Assembly (NCBI GenBank): GCA_902802905.1
Contig: CADCNT010000002.1
Span: forward strand, 79,879 to 143,878
DNA length: 64,000 nt
Origin: an uncultured Erysipelotrichaceae bacterium
Lineage (GTDB): Bacteria > Bacillota_I > Bacilli_A > RFN20 > CAG-826
Direction: 5' to 3'
The notes under the pieces were generated by a model. It was not told where the DNA came from and made no database searches. It saw only the letters and a list, made by a program, of their open reading frames with translations. The translations under genes were made by a program, and so were the position numbers. This document shows, in pieces, positions 56,265 to 64,000 of the stretch (position 1 is its first letter; each line of letters begins with the position of its first letter).

Positions 56265-56849
56265 ATGGGTTACAAACAAGCTAGATTTTTTGTTAAAGAT
56301 GGTTCTAATGAAGATGGCTCACCAAAGATTATTGGTACTGCTATTCCATTCTTATTGGAAGATGAAGAAGTCAATAACATTTCTCTTGCCTTAACTCCAA
56401 ATGAATCCGAAAGAGAATATAAAGCTGATAATCGTGTTGTTAAAGACAAGGTTCTTAACGGATATGATGGTACGGTTGCATATTATGGAATGGATAAATC
56501 CGCAATGGTAAATTTATCCGCTTTCCGTGTTGATTCTAATAACCACTTGGTTCTCAAGAGTTCAACATCCGGCAATCCATCAGTTGTTTTATTCGCTCGT
56601 GGTCAAAGTGAAAAAGGAAAGAAATATATCATCTGGTTATATGATGTGGAATTCTCTACACCAGCATTCAATATGGATCAACCAGAAGATAATCCAAAAT
56701 CATCTTCATTAAGTTTCTTTGCATCTAAAATCTCCTACGGTGGAGAAGATGTCATCGGTATCTTAATTTATGAAGGCGAAGCTGGATATATTGCCGAAGG
56801 TACTGAACCAACAACTGCTGACTTGGTTATGCCAGCCAGTGCTAGTTAA
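56265..56849 (+). CDS. Major tail protein (putative)
   Basis: 194 aa with an AGGAGGA RBS. It immediately precedes the chaperone pair. Confidence 0.6.
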   Translation: MGYKQARFFVKDGSNEDGSPKIIGTAIPFLLEDEEVNNISLALTPNESEREYKADNRVVKDKVLNGYDGTVAYYGMDKSAMVNLSAFRVDSNNHLVLKSSTSGNPSVVLFARGQSEKGKKYIIWLYDVEFSTPAFNMDQPEDNPKSSSLSFFASKISYGGEDVIGILIYEGEAGYIAEGTEPTTADLVMPASAS

Positions 56850-56887
56850 TTTTGCAAAACATTCAATATAAAGGAGATTAGGAAATT

Positions 56888-57190
56888 ATGGTAGTAAAGG
56901 AATTCAAAGGTCATAAATTATGCAATAGCAATTGGGCGATTGCATTTGGATATCCAGAAGTGTCCAATGGCGGAGACTTAATCAAGGATGTCGCATCAAT
57001 GGAAAAAGAAGTCAGTGTTCCAATTTTATTGAAATTATATGTTTCGTTTAGAAGAGCAGCTGATAAAGAAGCAAGAAATAAATCAGTTGATGAAATTATG
57101 GATGAGGTGTCAGTCTTTGATACTGAAGAAATGACCAAATTCACGGAAATCATAATGGACTTAATCTCCGAAAAAGCAAAAAAAGACTAG
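56888..57190 (+). CDS. Tail assembly chaperone (G-like)
   Basis: 100 aa, sited between the major tail and tape measure genes. It ends just after the slippery A AAA AAA. Confidence 0.6.
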   Translation: MVVKEFKGHKLCNSNWAIAFGYPEVSNGGDLIKDVASMEKEVSVPILLKLYVSFRRAADKEARNKSVDEIMDEVSVFDTEEMTKFTEIIMDLISEKAKKD

Positions 57191-57438
57191 CAAGAGATAA
57201 TGAAAATCAAGGCGGAGGTCTCTTGCAAAACTGCATCTCCGCCTTTGAAATCATTTACAAAATCTCTTTGTATAAACTACCGGGAGATGTGTGGGATCAA
57301 TGGTCTCTCGCCGATTTGAATTCTTATGTTGCCTATATCAATGAAAAAATGGAGAAGGCACAAGGAAAGAAAACAAAAGTCGGCAAAAAAACATATACCG
57401 GAGATGAAATCGAAGGATTATTTAGAGGAGGAATGTGA
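56888..57438 (+). CDS. Tail assembly chaperone GT-like fusion made by -1 programmed frameshift at 57178-57184
   Basis: The heptamer A AAA AAA is in the correct zero-frame register. The -1 frame reads RLARDNENQGGGLLQNCISAFE... and is open to 57438. Confidence 0.55.
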
Positions 57439-57440
57439 TT

Positions 57441-57860
57441 ATGGCTGATGAACTCGGTATGGAAGAATTAAGTGAAAATTTTTCCAAAGAAGTTCTCACT
57501 GCCGCTCACGAATCCATTTACGAAGTCTTATCCGAGAGAGCGAAAAATTTAGAAGATTATCTTCGTTCCACTACTCCAGTAAAAACTGGTGAATTGGTTG
57601 GTTCACTAGTAAGAGTTCTTGTAGAAAACTCCGATATCAAAGTTACCATAAGAGTTAAATTTGATGGATATAACAAGTCTCATCAACCATACCAAGTTAT
57701 TGCTAATGCCTTAAATAAAGGATATTTCCTCCCGGATGGAACATATGTGACCAAACACCAAAACTTTATTGATAAAGGAATCCATCAATATCTTTCCAAT
57801 ATGGATTCCGAAATTGCCGAAAGGTTTGAAATAAAAATAGGAGGAACAACTCGTGTCTAG
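57441..57860 (+). CDS. HK97 gp10-like tail-component protein (putative)
   Basis: TPVKTGELVGSL resembles the gp10-family P-x-x-TG-x-L motif. ATG 57441 lies 9 nt after GGAGG. Confidence 0.45.
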   Translation: MADELGMEELSENFSKEVLTAAHESIYEVLSERAKNLEDYLRSTTPVKTGELVGSLVRVLVENSDIKVTIRVKFDGYNKSHQPYQVIANALNKGYFLPDGTYVTKHQNFIDKGIHQYLSNMDSEIAERFEIKIGGTTRV

Positions 57861-59355
57861 TGGCGGAACAAAAATTGAAAGAACTCTTAAAACTATTAAC
57901 GAAGAAATTAAAAATTGTAATAGTAGTTTTAGGAGTGCTTCCAAGTCAGCTCAAGAGTTGTCCAAATTATTAAAACTTGATCCAAAGAATGTCAAACTCA
58001 CTGCCGCTTATTATGAAAAGGTTCAAGCAGCGGTTGATGCATGTAAGAAGAAAATCGAGTTATTAAGAGAACAACAAAGACTGATGGTTGAGAAAAATGG
58101 CGATGTTGCCAAGAATACTCAACAATATAAAGATTTAGAAGTTGAAATCGAAAAGACTACGGTCAAGATGAACAACTTGTCCACTTCTATTGAAAAGGCA
58201 AGTAACCAGAATGTTCAGTTCACTGACACATTCCAAAAGAATCTAAAGACCGTTCAAGTTATTTATCAAGGTGTTCAACAAGCAATTTCTAATGTTGCCA
58301 ATACCTATAAAACGGTTATTGGTGGAATTATCAATGTTGCCAAGCAATATGCCGAAACCGCTGAAGAAATTGCCAAGGCAAGTCAAAAATATGGAATGAC
58401 TGCCGAAGAATACCAATTTCAAGTAAATAGATGGGAAAGGTTAACTGGTGAAGCTGGTGCTTATGAATCCGTTCTTGCATCACTCCAATCTTTATCCGCT
58501 AGTGCCGAATTAGAAAACACCAAACTTGGAAAGGTGTTAGAAAGACTCGGATTAACATTTGATGATTTGACATCAATGAATCCAGCCGAAACTTTAGAAA
58601 TTTATCTCCAAGCATTAAGAGAATGTGAGGATGAAACTGAAAGAACGAATCTTGCGACTCGTTTATTTGGCAGTTCTATTGGACCATGGATGGCTACAAT
58701 GGCAATGACTGGAAATGACCAACTTGCCGAATGGGATAAGTGGTTAGAAGAAGCTGGTTATTTGACTAATGAACAAGTGGCAAAAGGAGAACAACTCCAA
58801 GACACATTCGAAAAATTACAACAAACAATTAAATCAGTAATTGCCGATGCCGGAGAAGATTTAATTGATTTAACTAAATCCTTAATCAGTTTATTCACGA
58901 ATTTAATTCCTTTAATTAGAGGTGTTGCACAATTTTTTGCCGCTATTGGACCAAGTGGAACTATGGCGGTGACCGCTATTATGGCAATGCTTTCAGTGAT
59001 TCCACCACTTGTTGTTATGTTGGCAGCTCTTAATGCATCGGCAAAACAATATGTTGCCGCCTTTACTGCTCTTGCAATTTTAGGCACGGTTGCAGCGGTT
59101 GGAGGTGCAGCTTTAGTTGCCGGAAGTGGATATGGTGCATCCGATGTACAAGTGGATGACAACATGATTCAAGAGATTGAAGATATGGCAAGTGGCTCGG
59201 ATATCGTAACTTCTTATAATGAAAGTTCATCCGATTCCCACAATGTGACATATGTAGATAATTCAACAAATAATTACGAGATTAACAATCAAAGTGATGT
59301 TGATGAAATCATTGAACAAATCAGTGATGCAAGAAGAGGAATAATTGGAGGATAG
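57853..59355 (+). CDS. Tape measure protein (short, 500 aa)
   Basis: Coiled-coil N-terminal half and a hydrophobic Ala/Gly-rich segment (AIGPSGTMAVTAIMAMLSVIPPLVVMLAAL). Assigned by position. Confidence 0.7.
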   Translation: MSSGGTKIERTLKTINEEIKNCNSSFRSASKSAQELSKLLKLDPKNVKLTAAYYEKVQAAVDACKKKIELLREQQRLMVEKNGDVAKNTQQYKDLEVEIEKTTVKMNNLSTSIEKASNQNVQFTDTFQKNLKTVQVIYQGVQQAISNVANTYKTVIGGIINVAKQYAETAEEIAKASQKYGMTAEEYQFQVNRWERLTGEAGAYESVLASLQSLSASAELENTKLGKVLERLGLTFDDLTSMNPAETLEIYLQALRECEDETERTNLATRLFGSSIGPWMATMAMTGNDQLAEWDKWLEEAGYLTNEQVAKGEQLQDTFEKLQQTIKSVIADAGEDLIDLTKSLISLFTNLIPLIRGVAQFFAAIGPSGTMAVTAIMAMLSVIPPLVVMLAALNASAKQYVAAFTALAILGTVAAVGGAALVAGSGYGASDVQVDDNMIQEIEDMASGSDIVTSYNESSSDSHNVTYVDNSTNNYEINNQSDVDEIIEQISDARRGIIGG

Positions 59356-59358
59356 AAC

Positions 59359-60315
59359 ATGAAAGACCACAAGATTTATACTGCAGTTGATTCCATTACT
59401 GATACATTGCAATTTGATGTTGTCTATACAAGCACTGGTGATACTATCAAAGTTAATGGTGTTCCAATTCATCCAGATGTCGATATGATTGAGATGCCAA
59501 GTGGCATCGGTTTTAAGCAAACTCTCGACATCGTTGAAGGTGATACTATCGATTATGTTGTCAATCAAAAAATCAATAAGAAGAACATTTCTATGGTTCT
59601 CCACTTTTTTGGCAATTCAGCATATCAAAAATATCAATCGTTCGGTTCTTGGCTAGGAAAGTATCTCGATTTGAATACATATCATATTAGACTTTCTTGG
59701 CAAGTTGGATCATTAAGAAGATATATTGAAGTATCTCCAATCAATTTAGATTTAGTCGGAAGAGAAGGCAATTGTGTTTCCGCTAAATTAACACTTCAAC
59801 CAATTACTCCTCAATATGAAGAGTACGATAATTTCTTCACAATTATTCACGATACTAACGAAGGTAAGATTTATAACTACGAATACCCATATCAATATGG
59901 CGGTGGTGCTTACTCTTCTAATAATGTCATCACTAATGACTACTTAAAACCACTACCACTTAAAGTTAAATTACTTGGACCAATGGCACATGTTTATGTC
60001 TCAATTTCCAAGATTAAAGAAGATGGAAGTGTGGAAAATACTCCATACCTTAAGGTGGAATTTGCAAGTGGTTTTGAACTTACTGCAAATCAAGAAGTTG
60101 TTATTGATGCTTTTAATAATAAAGTCTATCTAAATACATACACCGTTGATGCTGGTGGCAACAAGACACTAGTCTCTACAACTGATGTATTCAATAGTGT
60201 CAACAAAACACACGATTCATTCTTGTTTGCAAAACCGGGAAATAGCCGAATTGCAGCCGAGTTAGATTTAGCTGGTTCATCTTGCATCGTGAATTATGTG
60301 AGGTACATGGTATGA
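59359..60315 (+). CDS. Distal tail protein (Dit-like, putative)
   Basis: 318 aa, first gene after the tape measure gene. Confidence 0.45.
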   Translation: MKDHKIYTAVDSITDTLQFDVVYTSTGDTIKVNGVPIHPDVDMIEMPSGIGFKQTLDIVEGDTIDYVVNQKINKKNISMVLHFFGNSAYQKYQSFGSWLGKYLDLNTYHIRLSWQVGSLRRYIEVSPINLDLVGREGNCVSAKLTLQPITPQYEEYDNFFTIIHDTNEGKIYNYEYPYQYGGGAYSSNNVITNDYLKPLPLKVKLLGPMAHVYVSISKIKEDGSVENTPYLKVEFASGFELTANQEVVIDAFNNKVYLNTYTVDAGGNKTLVSTTDVFNSVNKTHDSFLFAKPGNSRIAAELDLAGSSCIVNYVRYMV

Positions 60316-61421
60316 TTGAAAACAATGTTGGATTCATTTGTCTTTATGACCATCAGTGGACTGCACTCGGTAACTGGACACAACACATTGCAAAATCTTG
60401 GACTTTGAAAAGAAAGGCACAAGAAAGTGATGAGTTCAGTGCAATATGTCAAGGTTTTGAGAATTCTAAAAAAGCATGTTTTGTTGGTCTCCATGAATTG
60501 ACTGGTGCTTTGAAATATGCTTGTTTTTGTGGAATTCCAAAAACTGATGAAAAAGGATTTACCACTATTTCTGGCATTGATTGTAGAAGTATTTTTAATC
60601 AAACATTAAGAGTCAAATATGGTTCTTCTCTTCCAAATAACAATATGACCGTAGAAAAACTATTCCAATATCTTATGGTTGGAGTATTTGTTGAAGAAGG
60701 TTGGATCAATTATGACAACAACACTGGAGTTATTACCGATTTGAAAATGGGTATCAATTATAAAATAAATCTAAATGATTTGTCTTTATTAGATACTCCT
60801 TGGAACGAAGAATATATTTGTAGAACTGATGAAAATAGAAATGTCTGGGAAGAACTTCTAAAGGTTTGTGCTTGTTATGATTTGTATCTTATGGCGGAAG
60901 TCACGATTAACTCCGAGACAAACACACCACAATTAACATTTAAGGTTCATAGAATATATAACTCAAGAAACATCAAATTAAGTGATTACAATGTCAAAAC
61001 AAAATTAAATCAAAACATCGTTAATAGAGTAAATATTAGATATGGTGATTCACACACATACTACACCACTTTATATTTATATAACGATAATACGATTGGA
61101 ACTACTTATGATTCAAGTAAGGTGTTATTTCCACCAGTCACTGATACGGTTGACAAAGAGACACTCGATGAAGCATTATCCGATGCTTACGAGATTCTCA
61201 AGGAAAATAGATTCAAAGATAGAGTCACTATCGACTTGACTTCCAAACTCGGAAGTACACTTGAAGATATGGATTTCTCTTATTACGGAGATTTAGTTGG
61301 ATATAATCCAGCTGATGCAAGTTCAGTAAAGAGATTACCTATTAGTGGGATCACTACTGATTCAAGTGGAAAGAAGATATTGGAATTTGGTCGATTAAGT
61401 GAATATTGGTTTTTAGATTAG
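60312..61421 (+). CDS. Tail-tip/baseplate protein (putative)
   Basis: ATG 60312 in an ATGA overlap. 369 aa. Assigned by position only. Confidence 0.4.
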   Translation: MIENNVGFICLYDHQWTALGNWTQHIAKSWTLKRKAQESDEFSAICQGFENSKKACFVGLHELTGALKYACFCGIPKTDEKGFTTISGIDCRSIFNQTLRVKYGSSLPNNNMTVEKLFQYLMVGVFVEEGWINYDNNTGVITDLKMGINYKINLNDLSLLDTPWNEEYICRTDENRNVWEELLKVCACYDLYLMAEVTINSETNTPQLTFKVHRIYNSRNIKLSDYNVKTKLNQNIVNRVNIRYGDSHTYYTTLYLYNDNTIGTTYDSSKVLFPPVTDTVDKETLDEALSDAYEILKENRFKDRVTIDLTSKLGSTLEDMDFSYYGDLVGYNPADASSVKRLPISGITTDSSGKKILEFGRLSEYWFLD

Positions 61422-61433
61422 GAGGTAAAAGAT

Positions 61434-62429
61434 ATGGCACTTGTTCTTAAAAGAAAAAACAATAGTGATGAAATAACTGCCTTTGATGATGCAGCTCTTA
61501 TTTACTCATCTATTGGTGATGGAATTCTTGAAAAAGTTTTCAATGGAATGACTTGTTCAGTAAATTCATCTACCAAAAAGGTCACCATTTCATCTGGTGT
61601 TTTGTTATTTGGTGGAAGAATGGTTGTTATTGAAAGTGGTACAACTTATGAATTAGATGTCACTTCGTTATGGAGTGGTTCTCTACCAATCAATATCATT
61701 TGCGAAATGACCATTGCTGAAAACGATGAAGAATCATCGGTAACAATCTATGCATCTAAAACAACTAGTGAAACAACTGCATCTCCTCTTCTTCCCGGAA
61801 CTCATAGAAAGAAAATCTTCCAATTCTATCCAAGTCATGTAAATACTGCGTGGTATCCTTGTGGATTTATTTCACCGGGTGTAGCTAAAAGTGCTTTGAA
61901 TATAAGCAAAGATGGAATGATAGGTTCAGTCAAATTTACTGATATTTTTCTGGACAATTTGAGTGGCGTTCGATATGCACGAGAGTCGGATGTCGCTGCG
62001 GAGGCAACTGGATTTGTCGGTGGCTCAATCAATAAGGTTGAAGAGAATCTATACATGCCTAACCGCGGGGTGTATCTTCTGCAAAGGTTAGTTTTAGTTG
62101 AAAGCACTGAATCATTCACAATCGAGAATGGCAAAACAAAAGAATTTTCATTCAAATATGCATCCAAGATCAATTTGAGTGGAATGAAATTTATTCAGTA
62201 TGTTGCTTGTGATGGAAGTCACAATATTGGATTTCCATCAACATCATCAAGTGATGTCTATCTCGGTATTATAGGATCAAGTGGAGAACTTGCTAACAAA
62301 TATAATAATTTAACAATAAAAATCAGTGGTTCTGGAACAAGTGGTAAAGTCACATTGTCCAATAACTCTGGTTCAAATATTACATTAAGTGGATTCAAAT
62401 TAAATACATATGCATATGGAGGAAAGTAA
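61434..62429 (+). CDS. Distal tail / receptor-binding candidate, paralogue 1
   Basis: 331 aa. Its N-terminal domain is shared with the next two genes (FDDAALIYSSIGDG...TKKVTISSG...GGR). Confidence 0.45.
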   Translation: MALVLKRKNNSDEITAFDDAALIYSSIGDGILEKVFNGMTCSVNSSTKKVTISSGVLLFGGRMVVIESGTTYELDVTSLWSGSLPINIICEMTIAENDEESSVTIYASKTTSETTASPLLPGTHRKKIFQFYPSHVNTAWYPCGFISPGVAKSALNISKDGMIGSVKFTDIFLDNLSGVRYARESDVAAEATGFVGGSINKVEENLYMPNRGVYLLQRLVLVESTESFTIENGKTKEFSFKYASKINLSGMKFIQYVACDGSHNIGFPSTSSSDVYLGIIGSSGELANKYNNLTIKISGSGTSGKVTLSNNSGSNITLSGFKLNTYAYGGK

Positions 62430-63899
62430 ATGAATCAAGTCAAATTAGTTACAAAGAAAGGTGCGATTGTCAGTGCATACCTCGACACTGCTCTTTTCTA
62501 TGCAACTAAAGGCAATGGTGTCGAGACTGAATTTAATGGTTCATTGAAGAAAGTTCCTTATGGAATCATTGATGACATTGATGAAAATCCATTTGAATTG
62601 GAATTTGATTCCGTTACAAAGAAAGTTTATATGAATCCCGGAGAAGCACATATCTACGGGAGACAAATTAGATTAACTGAAAGAACCGAAATTTTTGACT
62701 TCCACAACACAAGTGAAAGTGTGAAGTTATATTGCACCGTTTTCTTCAATTTAGACTTGGATGACTTTACTCAACAAAGAGTATCTATTGCAATCGATTT
62801 AACTGGTGCAAAATTCAAAGACTTCAGTGATAGTATGGTGCAAGATAATGTCTACGAACTCGGTCATGGTATTTTCCAAGCACCAATTTCAATCTTTAAT
62901 TACACTCCATCTTCCGGCACATTTAGTAATTATCAAAGAATCATGCCAATTCTCAAAGCCGAAGAAAGAGATTTTGTTGCTAATCTTCCTTTAACTTCCA
63001 CTATTGATAAAACCATTCCATTAAACGAAAGAGTAACAATCGAGAATGGCAAATTCAAATTTAATCATGCATCAAATGTAGATGCTCTAAATAGATATAT
63101 TGCTCGTGGTTATAAAGGCAAGAACGATGAAGATTATAGTTTGTGTACTGGTGCAACAAGTATTGGTGGCACTACTATTACTTCTTCGATTGCGAATGTT
63201 TGGACCACAAAAAGATACGAACTTGGTTCGTTAGGCAATATGGGTGGAAGTAGTTATTCATTCAAAAAAGAATTAACAATCGATAAGACATATGCTCAAA
63301 GATTTAGATTCTATACAACTGGTTCTTTCAAGGCAAAAATAAAATATACATTTAAGGGCATTTTAACATTTGGTGCTGAAACAACAAAAGTTTTGCCAGA
63401 AAATGATAACTATATTGAAGCACCATTCACTGAACATCAACATGGTTTAGATCATTTTCCTTATTCTATTGAAAGATTCCATCGTTCTAGAAGTGTTGAT
63501 GTATGGTTCTCCTTGCCAAGTGTCGGAAGTACATTAACTCTTATTTACTACTATCAAAATACACTTCGTTGGTTAAGTGATTCTGGGGTTTATGAAGATT
63601 ATTGGAAATTTGATATTTGTAAAGAATCCGATTGGAGTTCAATCAGTGGTAGTGAAAATGCAGTAAATAATAACACGGTAGGAAGTTCCACCGCAAAAAG
63701 AAAACTTGCGTTCATAAAGATTAAAACCATTAGTAATCAAAAACTTGAAATTAGCATTGAATCAAATGCAGCTTACTATTGGGAAGGTTGGTCTGGGTTA
63801 ATCTATGAATGGTCAACACTTCATCAATTAAGTGATTTTAAGGACAATACATTAAAAGGATATATAGATATTTTGTATAAAGGAGATGTGAGATTATGA
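62430..63899 (+). CDS. Distal tail / receptor-binding candidate, paralogue 2
   Basis: 489 aa. N-terminus YLDTALFYATKGNG...TKKVYMNPG...YGRQ. Confidence 0.45.
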   Translation: MNQVKLVTKKGAIVSAYLDTALFYATKGNGVETEFNGSLKKVPYGIIDDIDENPFELEFDSVTKKVYMNPGEAHIYGRQIRLTERTEIFDFHNTSESVKLYCTVFFNLDLDDFTQQRVSIAIDLTGAKFKDFSDSMVQDNVYELGHGIFQAPISIFNYTPSSGTFSNYQRIMPILKAEERDFVANLPLTSTIDKTIPLNERVTIENGKFKFNHASNVDALNRYIARGYKGKNDEDYSLCTGATSIGGTTITSSIANVWTTKRYELGSLGNMGGSSYSFKKELTIDKTYAQRFRFYTTGSFKAKIKYTFKGILTFGAETTKVLPENDNYIEAPFTEHQHGLDHFPYSIERFHRSRSVDVWFSLPSVGSTLTLIYYYQNTLRWLSDSGVYEDYWKFDICKESDWSSISGSENAVNNNTVGSSTAKRKLAFIKIKTISNQKLEISIESNAAYYWEGWSGLIYEWSTLHQLSDFKDNTLKGYIDILYKGDVRL

Positions 63900-64000
63900 G
63901 ACTTATAGAAAAGAAAAGTGATTCAACTGGTGTAACCGTAGATAATGATGCCTTAATGAATTTTTATACATTAGGTGGTCAAAATGGTTCGCTATTTGGT
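63896..64000 (+). CDS. Distal tail candidate, paralogue 3 (5' fragment, truncated by the window end)
   Basis: My translation: MRLIEKKSDSTGVTVDNDALMNFYTLGGQNGSLFG. ATGA overlap with the upstream stop. Confidence 0.35.
   Translation, partial: MRLIEKKSDSTGVTVDNDALMNFYTLGGQNGSLFG

Larger units (their letters stand above)
33771..64000. mobile_element. Prophage (siphovirus-like, HK97-type head module, HNH/terS cos-type packaging), left end next to trxA, right end beyond the window
   Basis: Integrase and repressors on the minus strand. These are followed by >60 tightly packed plus-strand genes in canonical early, replication, modification, late-regulator, packaging, head and tail order. Confidence 0.9.

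Noticed and set aside
58758-59165. 135-aa minus-strand Ala/Thr-rich ORF inside the tape measure gene
   Set aside because: It is the reverse reading of the Ala/Gly-rich hydrophobic segment of the tape measure protein, so it is a compositional artefact.

Overview
The window has two parts. Positions 1-33770 are AT-rich Bacillota (Firmicutes) chromosome read with the standard genetic code. It carries glgC-glgD-glgA, rpmB, a compact gmk-priA-(orphan)-rsmB-like-rlmN-prpC-prkC-rsgA-rpe cluster, trmL, ppa, a complete atpIBEFHAGDC operon, pfkA, glpK, pepP-like, mrp, yigZ and trxA. From 33771 to the window end (>=30.2 kb) lies a siphovirus-type, HK97-like, probably cos-packaging prophage whose right end is outside the window. 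Its order is: large serine integrase, two tandem CI-like repressors, a divergent promoter switch, a replication module, a DNA-modification module, about 12 orphan early ORFs, an internal tyrosine recombinase, a late regulator, HNH, terS, terL, portal, protease, capsid, connectors, tail, tape measure and distal tail genes. The main finding is the prophage DNA-modification module (39.3-43.2 kb). Each enzyme gene there carries an 8-unit simple-sequence tract. A possibly multispecific, two-ORF C5-cytosine methyltransferase has G8 and (GA)8, both in frame. A DPPY adenine methyltransferase has (AT)8 and is out of frame. A PAPS/APS-reductase-like PP-loop protein has (GA)8 and is out of frame, which separates its CC and CxxC Fe-S ligand motifs. 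In both broken genes the downstream frame opens exactly at the tract, and gaining one repeat unit restores a full-length protein. This pattern fits a multi-switch, phase-variable epigenetic module carried by a temperate phage. Other observations include a 19-nt element duplicated upstream of two early genes, an ori-like repeat cluster, a -1 frameshift site in the tail chaperone gene, three paralogous distal-tail genes, a catalytically degenerate RsmB homologue and a lipobox-bearing AtpF. All calls come from reading the sequence and ORF translations by eye. No database search was run. No rRNA, tRNA, CRISPR array or IS element was recognised.
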